From positions 1-20,588 of the forward strand of contig MTSL01000128.1 of the NCBI GenBank assembly GCA_002794465.1: DNA of 20,588 nt, given 5' to 3'. Made by a program: the position numbers and the translations under genes. Shown one piece after another: positions 9,143 through 16,430 of the stretch; the first letter of the stretch is position 1, and every line of letters starts with the position of its first letter. Source of the stretch: Paramicrosporidium saccamoebae KSL3. Its lineage: Eukaryota; Fungi; Cryptomycota. The notes beneath the pieces are model-generated. The model worked only from the letters and a program-made list of their open reading frames with translations. It was not told the DNA's origin and made no database searches.

Positions 9143-10048
9143 CTATTGATATTGAGCAATAAGTTGTTCTATATGCGGGACAAAGACCAAATGGTCAGAC
9201 AGTTGACCGAGATCAAAGGACTGTTCGTATTCAGTGTCAATAGCAACAGCGCGTCTAATACCAGTCAGTTCTGGCCGTGTTGTGGATGGAACGGCAGTAA
9301 ATTGTTGTCCATTCACCAACAATGAAAGCCGACCAGAAGCATGCCTCTGTATTTTGCCATAAAGTCCTTCAGCGGTGGTGGGCCATGCTGAGGTAGCTTC
9401 AGGTTTAGTGTTGCTTTCCAGGGACCGAAAAGCATCGATATCCATGGCATGTTCCTCGCCTGTCAGGAGAGCGCTTGGGAGGGTGTCGGGCTGGACGGTT
9501 GTATTGGATTCGTCTCGCATGACGGGTATACAAGAAGGGAGTTGCACCAAGAATAGCTTTCGTTCGCCATCCAACAGAGCCGATCCATCCAAATATACAT
9601 CATCCATGATAATGTTCCGTCCGCCTTCCGTTTTGACTATGACGTCTTCGGCGGATAAGGAAAGCAGACTGACGGGAAGATGGGCGCTCTCTATCCTCTG
9701 GGCCAGGACTTGTTCCAGATTAGAGTCTTCTTCATAATCTAAGGATGGGTTGCTATCCACCATGGTTGTTGGTTTGCTCTTTAATGTATTGGTGGTGAAA
9801 GAAGAGGTCCGAGACTTGTTGGCAGCGGCAGCAGGACCATGAGCAAAGGGACCTGACACTGCCACTGGCGTGAGGAGACCACTCCTGGGGGGATGAGGTC
9901 TTGCGGCGCCCCTTCCTCGACCTCTCCCTCGCACAGCAACCGGCTTGGGAATCTCGGGTGCCGGTGGGGTGCTACGTCGAGCGCCAGCGGCCACATTTGG
10001 AACAAACTTTGTCTTGGGGACTCCACTTCTGGAAGTATCACCCTCCAT
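9143..10048 (-). CDS. RPC53: RNA polymerase III subunit RPC4 (Rpc53/POLR3D)
   Basis: N-terminal KFVPN, SGPFAHGPA, and the C-terminal RPC4 domain KLFLVQLP ... EGLYGKIQRHASGRLSLLVNG. The first ATG is at 10048; the ORF-track start at 10072 is TTG. Confidence 0.85.
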   Translation of the reverse strand: MEGDTSRSGVPKTKFVPNVAAGARRSTPPAPEIPKPVAVRGRGRGRGAARPHPPRSGLLTPVAVSGPFAHGPAAAANKSRTSSFTTNTLKSKPTTMVDSNPSLDYEEDSNLEQVLAQRIESAHLPVSLLSLSAEDVIVKTEGGRNIIMDDVYLDGSALLDGERKLFLVQLPSCIPVMRDESNTTVQPDTLPSALLTGEEHAMDIDAFRSLESNTKPEATSAWPTTAEGLYGKIQRHASGRLSLLVNGQQFTAVPSTTRPELTGIRRAVAIDTEYEQSFDLGQLSDHLVFVPHIEQLIAQYQ

Positions 10049-10071
10049 CGACTCGACCTGGGTGTCTATCA
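10049..10071. promoter_or_regulatory. 23-bp spacer between divergent RPC53 and RRP41 start codons
   Basis: CAT(10046-10048) cgactcgacctgggtgtctatca ATG(10072). Regulatory role is inferred from position only. Confidence 0.55.
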
Positions 10072-10839
10072 ATGTCTCGTCTGGAATTTGTGTCTCCCGA
10101 GGGACTGCGACTGGACGGACGAAGGGCTAATGAGCTCCGTAGTCTCAGTGCCAAAATGGGCGTATTGCCGCAGGTGGACGGTTCGGCTTTATTTGAGCTC
10201 GGAAATACGCGCGTCCTTGCAACAGTCCATGGCCCCCGTGAGCCTCGACAAAAGGGCCAGGCACAGCATGATTGTGTTGCCCTCACAGCCCGTTTTCATG
10301 CGGCCACCTTTAGTTCTGTGACCGGCGAACGACGACGTATCCTCCGTCAGGACCGACGGCTCACCGAGTGGGGGCACTACATCGAGGAACTCTATTCCTC
10401 GGCCATTATCGGCTCCCTCTTTCCGCGTTCACAGATTGAGATATTTATTGAGGTGCTAAATGCCGACGGGAGTGTGCTGGCGGCAGCGATTAATGCCACA
10501 ACATTGGCACTGGTCAATGCGGGCATTCCGGTGTATGACTATGTGGTGGCCACAAGTGTGGGTCATTTGGCACAGACAGCCCTGTTGGACATTAACAGGA
10601 TGGAGGAGGGCGGGGGACGGGGAAATCCCTCCCTGACAGTGGCTGCATATGGAAGGAACCCCAACTTGACACTACTTGTTACCGGCGACACGAGAGTCGG
10701 TGCTGACAAATTAGAGAGCATGTCAGAGGTGGCCCGCAGTGGAATGAAGAAACTCTTTGACATTTTGGATGAGACAGTAGTACGACCCAATATGGAAACA
10801 ATGCTTGAATCTCGGAAATCCAATTTTACTGAACAATAA
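10072..10839 (+). CDS. RRP41: Exosome core subunit Rrp41/Ski6 (EXOSC4), RNase PH family
   Basis: Canonical N-terminus MSRLEFVSPEGLRLDGRRANELR, plus DGSALFELGNTRVLATVHGPRE, FPRSQIEIFIEVLNADG and AAAINATTLALVNAGIP. Confidence 0.95.
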   Translation: MSRLEFVSPEGLRLDGRRANELRSLSAKMGVLPQVDGSALFELGNTRVLATVHGPREPRQKGQAQHDCVALTARFHAATFSSVTGERRRILRQDRRLTEWGHYIEELYSSAIIGSLFPRSQIEIFIEVLNADGSVLAAAINATTLALVNAGIPVYDYVVATSVGHLAQTALLDINRMEEGGGRGNPSLTVAAYGRNPNLTLLVTGDTRVGADKLESMSEVARSGMKKLFDILDETVVRPNMETMLESRKSNFTEQ

Positions 10840-11271
10840 ACCACCATAGAGACTTGCTGAGTGTGCATAAAAGACCCAGAAATCCCTAGTCTGTCAATAT
10901 GCGCTTTCACAGTACGTATATACTATCCGACAAAATCGCAGCTTTCATGACTGTTTATTGGAAAAGTCATGACCAATCAAAATAACCGCGACTCTATGTT
11001 TCGTGCTATCCGAGACATTGGTGAGACGGGCGTGCGGAAAAGTACAGTCGATAATAGAGCCATGTGACGATCTAGTGGGCCCTTGGGTCCTTCCGCAGCG
11101 GGTCTGCGAGCTGCTGATCCTCATTCTGGTACTTTGTTTGGAATGACGCGTGACCATAGCATACCGGCGAGGAGCCAGTATGGACCCGTCTTCCGCTCCT
11201 AACCAACCTCTTCCTACTCCTTGAACGTTGGCAACGTACAATTGCCACGTCTCCTAACAATAGGGGGACTG

Positions 11272-11642
11272 ATGGATGCATCGAACAGGTTGGCCGCAGT
11301 GGAGGAGCAGAATAGGGAGCTTGTTCGAATGCTGCTCGACATGCGCAATGTTCTGACCAAAATTACTGTGCAGGTACAGGGAAACCCGGTGGTTGAGGGT
11401 GTAGAATGAGGAATTGCAAAACGACGTGTTCGAGTTGCATAAAAGAGTTTTGGACTTGCAAGAGGATTCTTTAATGGTACTCCATGGTCATCTCGTCTCG
11501 ACGGTAGGACTCTGTGGGACGACTGCAAGGTTCATCGACTGACTCGGTCCTCACATCTGAAATTGATGGAGAAATGGGCAAGCAGCGTGCCGAGGGAACT
11601 GATTCGGCGCCTTCCACCCTTGGTCGCCTGTTCCACTTCTAA
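11272..11642 (+). CDS. Spliced small coiled-coil protein, join(11272..11373,11405..11476,11508..11642), 102 aa; may extend upstream
   Basis: Two 31-nt GTAC...TAG introns fuse MDASNRLAAVEEQNRELVRMLLDMRNVLTKITVQ, NEELQNDVFELHKRVLDLQEDSLM and DSVGRLQGSSTDSVLTSEIDGEMGKQRAEGTDSAPSTLGRLFHF* into a continuous heptad pattern plus tail. Upstream introns 11178..11263 (GTATGG...CTAACAATAG) and 11129..11159 also keep the frame. Confidence 0.55.
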
Positions 11643-11880
11643 GACCTAAGACTACAATAAATCCCATCCAATCAACGCATTTCAATCTAAGCAGTGCTAC
11701 TGGCATCCAATAGGATTCTAATCCGTTGGTGGCCATGATTGGTGCATATCGCATAATCTGCACCAACCGGGCGGGACTTTTCGTGCGCCCAAGGCCCAAT
11801 CACGGGGTCGATTGCTTGCAATGTGCGCCAATCGCCCACGCCGTACATAAGGACATTGAACGTCCAAGGCCACACATAGT

Positions 11881-14163
11881 ATGATGTACGACAGTATTAT
11901 TTGGAAACGCACGGCACTCTTGCTGGCTGCCATGCTAGCAGCAGTCACCGCGTCTACATCACCATCACATGTCCCAGTTTTCAGAGCCGATCCTAATACT
12001 TTTGAAATCTCAACAGAGATGGTACCCGGAGCAACTTGTGATAACCCCGGGAATGCCTTCAAGAGTAAGGCAGGGGTTTGTATAGACACGCCACTTTTTA
12101 AAGATATCAAAAAGAACAGCACTGATATTATCCGGCTTATGGATAATACAGCCGACTTAGGATTCTTGTTGGCATATTTGTCCCGCTTTAGTGGGCCCTA
12201 TGTGGAATCAATCCATCATCTTGACATGAATGCAGTCTCGACATTTTTAAAGGGCCTTAGTGAAGACGCGTTACAAAGTCTCCCAGAAAGCGTCAAGAGT
12301 GGTTTCCCCCGGGAAATTGACTATCCTTATGCTAGACTCATCCCACTTATGAACAGAAATCAGACGACAAAGCTGAACAATTCTCTCGTAGCAGACGCAA
12401 TCAAGAATGCCACGACTGATGGCATCTTTCGTCGATTGGTCAACTCTCTTCATAAAGAAGTTGTCGCCGAAAATCTCGGTTTGATTAAGGAGCAGCTATT
12501 AAATAACAGAAGTGGCGTCCGTTTGTGGAAACTCGGTGAAGATGTGATGGCCTTGCTCCTCGCCGAAGATGATTTTTGCTCTGCGATTGATCCAGAGGAC
12601 ATGTTGGTGCTTGGAGAACGCAAGGAACGAGCCAAAAAGGTCTCACCCGAGTGTTTTGCTCTGGTGGACTGGACAGACTGTGAATGCGACAGCCGCATTC
12701 GCTCATTTGACGTCAAGGTATTTTCGAAGATGGAAAACGGATTGAGCAAGAGCTGTTTGAACCTTTTTACCGAGCCGATGGTCAAGGAATATGCCTCGTC
12801 CATGGCAAAGGAGGGCCAATACCACTGCCCAAACCTGGATATTCAATACTTGACCATGGCGGCTGCCAAGGGACTCAGTGATGCATGCTTCGCCAGTCCG
12901 TATATTGAGGGCAGTCAAACCCGCATACGATTTGGCCCAAAATGGCTCGTTGTAGGCGACACGGCGCTTGCAGCTCTTGGAGACGACAATCGTGCTTTTG
13001 AAAAGATCCATAAAGACGACTGGAAGTACATTACTTTGGCCCAAAAGACTGAATACCTCAAGGGCTTGGAGGATGCTTGCGGTGATCTCCCGCAAGAATT
13101 CTTCATGTACAACCGCGGAGTGAAGCTGTCAAACAAGTGCTTTGACGAGCTGGATCCCGAGGTCAAGGGCACTGCGTTCTTGTCGGCCGTGCTGGATGAT
13201 GATGTGCTCGCCTCGGTGTCTTCGATAAGCGACTGGAAGGGATTGGATTCGGACCAAAAGACAGTCGAGGGGCTCAAAATCCTGGAGCTGGCTGAGGAGG
13301 TCAAGAACATTGAAAAGATTATCTCGCTCATGTCCAGCAAGGAAGCTAATTCTGATGTCTGCAGCGAAGTAACAGACCTTAAGGATCATCCAGTGTTGCA
13401 AAAGTATTGCAGCCAAAAATGCATTGACAATCTGCCTGACAAGCTTACCTTTTCCACTCTTGCCGAGCTCAACCCACGAATCTCCCTAATGGTATCCCTT
13501 GACCAGTTCATGGAGGCAGAAAGTTCAGAGTGGAGCAGCATCAAGCCGGACCACTTCCACGCTCTCATGGCGGGCGGCAATCTGTGCAAACGTCTCAATG
13601 AGGATCATTTGAGTCAACTCACCGATGACACTATCGAAGTTATGGATGCGCAGTGTGTGTCAGAACTCGATGTGCTGGACAAATTGCCTAGTAATTTCTA
13701 CAAAGCAGTGAAGCCCCGAGCTCTTAGGAAACTGGATGCTGAGATGGCGGGTAAGCTTACGCTAGACTCGTTGAGTGACGACCAGTTTGCCGAGTTGGGA
13801 GCCGACACGGGAGATAAGCATCCTGCCACTCAATGGACCAAAGACACTATAAGTTCGTTCTCTGACACGCGCATCGCAAAGGTGGACGAGTCAACCTGGT
13901 CCCTGATGCCACCCGCTGCCTACGATGGCATCTCGGCATCCCGCATTGCAGACATTCCTGCCGACAAAATGGGCAAGATGAGTGATGCGCAGGTTAGGGG
14001 AATCCCCAACGAGGCCGTTCAGAAGCTGAGTGAGGCGCAGGCCGCAAAGATTGGAGAATCTTACCAAGGCACTGACAAGAGTCCTGTGGCCTATCTGGCG
14101 GGCGTTATTACCGATGCCAAGGTAAAGGCTGTTCTAGACAGTCGCATGCAGCCACCCGCCTAA
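11881..14163 (+). CDS. Large secreted Cys-containing helical-repeat protein, paralog A (760 aa), unknown family
   Basis: Intronless 760-codon ORF with signal peptide (KRTALLLAAMLAAVTAS), several N-glycosylation sequons and no transmembrane segment. It aligns by eye along its length with 16431..18677. Confidence 0.88.
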   Translation: MMYDSIIWKRTALLLAAMLAAVTASTSPSHVPVFRADPNTFEISTEMVPGATCDNPGNAFKSKAGVCIDTPLFKDIKKNSTDIIRLMDNTADLGFLLAYLSRFSGPYVESIHHLDMNAVSTFLKGLSEDALQSLPESVKSGFPREIDYPYARLIPLMNRNQTTKLNNSLVADAIKNATTDGIFRRLVNSLHKEVVAENLGLIKEQLLNNRSGVRLWKLGEDVMALLLAEDDFCSAIDPEDMLVLGERKERAKKVSPECFALVDWTDCECDSRIRSFDVKVFSKMENGLSKSCLNLFTEPMVKEYASSMAKEGQYHCPNLDIQYLTMAAAKGLSDACFASPYIEGSQTRIRFGPKWLVVGDTALAALGDDNRAFEKIHKDDWKYITLAQKTEYLKGLEDACGDLPQEFFMYNRGVKLSNKCFDELDPEVKGTAFLSAVLDDDVLASVSSISDWKGLDSDQKTVEGLKILELAEEVKNIEKIISLMSSKEANSDVCSEVTDLKDHPVLQKYCSQKCIDNLPDKLTFSTLAELNPRISLMVSLDQFMEAESSEWSSIKPDHFHALMAGGNLCKRLNEDHLSQLTDDTIEVMDAQCVSELDVLDKLPSNFYKAVKPRALRKLDAEMAGKLTLDSLSDDQFAELGADTGDKHPATQWTKDTISSFSDTRIAKVDESTWSLMPPAAYDGISASRIADIPADKMGKMSDAQVRGIPNEAVQKLSEAQAAKIGESYQGTDKSPVAYLAGVITDAKVKAVLDSRMQPPA

Positions 14164-14240
14164 ATGACATGCTTAGAGACTTGTAAATAAAATTTGTCAA
14201 TATTCAAGCAATGTGGTAAGTGGTGTATAAGTGGGTGGAA

Positions 14241-14360
14241 TCAACAGTGTACAAGTAGAATTAACAGTGTACAAGTAGAATTAACAGTGTACAAGTAGAG
14301 TTAACAGTGTACAAGTAGAATTAACAGTGTACAAGTAGAGTTAACAGTGTACAAGTGGAT
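14241..14360. repeat. 6 x 20-nt tandem repeat TTAACAGTGTACAAGTAGA(A/G)
   Basis: Units start at 14241, 14261, 14281, 14301, 14321 and 14341. The first (TCAAC) and last (GTGGAT) copies are slightly degenerate. Confidence 0.97.
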
Positions 14361-14455
14361 TTAGCTGGAATTTCATTTGTAAATTCAAAGCATGGCAATA
14401 CTAAAGTTATTGGCTACAAAACCAAACTTGCATCGTCAATCACAACACACTACTT

Positions 14456-14568
14456 ACTCCTTCCATACTTCACAATTCACAACTCCTTCCATACTTCACA
14501 ATTCACACTTCACACTTCACAATTCACAATTCATAATTCACAGTTTACAATTCACAGGTTACAGTTTA
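14456..14568. repeat. 26-nt tandem duplication followed by a heptamer array NTTCACA
   Basis: actccttccatacttcacaattcaca x2 (14456-14507), then cttcaca cttcaca attcaca attcata attcaca gtttaca attcaca ggttaca, running into the ADCK1 stop codon. Confidence 0.9.
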
Positions 14569-16145
14569 TATAGAAAGCGTAGGTAAATGTCTAAGAGGTA
14601 CAGTTTAAGATGCAAATAACAGCGTCGCAAGAAGGAATCACCCACTACATCCAGACAGTAATGGGCCATAATGGTAAATGTGCGGGAAGGCTCATCTGGA
14701 CGAGCCAAGGCACGCTCCAAATGACGCAGCAGATCATTCGTCTTTAGAACTAACAATAGCTGTCTCGGCACACGCGCAAGTAGCTCCGCCACTTGACCCA
14801 AATATTCTGGAGCTTTGGCCAGAATTTCAGCGCGCTCGGAGGCGCTGCGTGGTGCCACCAGACCGCCTGTTGATATAGTCTGCCAGGACCGCTGCGTTAG
14901 GATGCATGAAAACAGACGATGTGCATCACCTCCTCCTAGTCGTTCTGCATAATGTTTCATTTGGACTTCGTCGGCCTCAAGAACCGATTTCCAAAGCCCA
15001 GCAAAGTCGTGGCGAAAGACATCGGAGAGTTCACGATACAGACCGTGATCAATGACAACGAGCTCAAAAGGCTGACGCCATAGACGGAAAAGACTCCAAC
15101 CACTAGACAATGGTCTCGGACGGACAAGCAGATTCCCTGGATGAGGATCGCAATGCACAAAGCCATGGATAAATATCATTTCAGAGAATACCTGTGTAAT
15201 CAAAGAGGAGACTTGATGGGGATCAATGGAATTTTGCTCCATGAAGCGTCGATCAGTCGCCTTGGCACCAGGCAGATATTCCATGGTCAGCACTCGTTTA
15301 CTGGTAAAGTCCCAATGCACTTTGGGGATTCGCACCACTGTCCCAGGTCCAGAGAGGGACGTCCGACCATAATGTTGAAGATTTTTCAATAGACGTTCTG
15401 AATTATGTCCTTCGTGGACAAAATCGAGCTCCTTGGGCAGATTCGTCTTCATCTCCTCGGCAACCCAATTCAAGTCGAATTCGGGGAATATCCTGCGAAC
15501 CACCTTGACCGCTGTGGCTATGACAAACATGTCAGAGTCCATATGTGATTGTAATCGACGATGTTGCACCTTGACAGCCACCTCTTCACCCGTGTCTCTT
15601 AGCACGGCTCGATGGACCTGCGCCAATGAAGCAGCCCCAATGGGCGTCACGTCAAAGGTGGAGAATACTTTATGCATTGGACATCCAAATTCGTCCAGTA
15701 TGACATGCGCCACTTCTGCCAAACTGCTCTGAGGAGCAGCATTCTGTAGGACGGCCATTTTCGAGGAATATTCGGGTGGCAGGATATACTCTAGCGCGGC
15801 CAGATGTTGGCCCACCTTGATGTAGATGCCACCGTTCTGCTGGAAGAGCAACAAGAGACGTTGCGCGCCCCTCATGTGCACCTTGTTGCGTCTCCGTCGC
15901 CATTCTTCCTCTCCAAGCGGGTGGAGGTCGACAGCCCGTGGGAAGTGTCGTTTATAATCGAGCGAAATGAGGCCGACTGTAAAGGCCGTGCGTGTAGCCC
16001 GACCCACTGTCCGTCCAAAGAATGCTATCTCAGGCCAGTAATATGCACACGCCCCAGCGCCTACCACTACAGTCGTACCGGATACCACCAGTCTCCTAAA
16101 GCGAACGTTGGTGAAGAGTCGGACTAGTCTGGGAAAAGTTGTCAT
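14559..16145 (-). CDS. ADCK1: ABC1/UbiB family atypical kinase, ADCK1/Mcp2-like (mitochondrial)
   Basis: NGGIYIKVGQHL, AASLAQVHRA, VAVKVQH, ELDFVHEGHN, HCDPHPGNLLVR and VIDHGLY. The basic N-terminus and short hydrophobic segment fit mitochondrial targeting. ATG at 16145 (16154 is TTG). Confidence 0.92.
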   Translation of the reverse strand: MTTFPRLVRLFTNVRFRRLVVSGTTVVVGAGACAYYWPEIAFFGRTVGRATRTAFTVGLISLDYKRHFPRAVDLHPLGEEEWRRRRNKVHMRGAQRLLLLFQQNGGIYIKVGQHLAALEYILPPEYSSKMAVLQNAAPQSSLAEVAHVILDEFGCPMHKVFSTFDVTPIGAASLAQVHRAVLRDTGEEVAVKVQHRRLQSHMDSDMFVIATAVKVVRRIFPEFDLNWVAEEMKTNLPKELDFVHEGHNSERLLKNLQHYGRTSLSGPGTVVRIPKVHWDFTSKRVLTMEYLPGAKATDRRFMEQNSIDPHQVSSLITQVFSEMIFIHGFVHCDPHPGNLLVRPRPLSSGWSLFRLWRQPFELVVIDHGLYRELSDVFRHDFAGLWKSVLEADEVQMKHYAERLGGGDAHRLFSCILTQRSWQTISTGGLVAPRSASERAEILAKAPEYLGQVAELLARVPRQLLLVLKTNDLLRHLERALARPDEPSRTFTIMAHYCLDVVGDSFLRRCYLHLKLYLLDIYLRFLYKL

Positions 16146-16430
16146 CCCGTCCAATCACCACCCACCACGGCCATCATGTCCTGATTGGATGACAAGGCAA
16201 ACTTGTGCATTTTAGAGACAATGGATGGATCTATCACTATTGGAGCAATTAAATGTTCACGCAGACTCGTTCCAATCAGTCGCGGGGTTTGATGCGCACA
16301 ACTACCAATTGTTCGGAATGAGCAGTCCGCCTTGCACCAATTACACTGCGCGTGCACACTGTTTCGCACCAATCGTGGCATTCACAGAGTTGGCGTATAA
16401 AGGCAGACGTCGTTCGTCGCAACCACTGCG

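Noticed and set aside
9901-10071. 57-aa N-terminal extension of RRP41 in the ORF track
   Set aside because: It starts at a non-ATG codon and is antisense to RPC53 coding sequence; the canonical Rrp41 N-terminus begins at ATG 10072.
11178-11263. 86-nt intron as a snoRNA host
   Set aside because: No box C (RTGATGA) or box D (CTGA) pair is present, and it is too short for a two-hairpin H/ACA RNA.
10945-11528. Minus-strand ORFs (98, 69 and 104 aa) in the RRP41-paralog A gap
   Set aside because: They have no motifs, and the plus-strand spliced coiled-coil model with consistent splice signals explains the region better.
14241-14360. 20-nt direct repeats as a CRISPR array or telomere
   Set aside because: There are no unique spacers and no cas genes, the context is eukaryotic, and the unit is internal and unlike G-rich telomeric repeats.
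14355-14586. ORFs with HNSQFT-like repeats (14355..14573 and 14392..14586)
   Set aside because: They are translation artefacts of the heptamer microsatellite.
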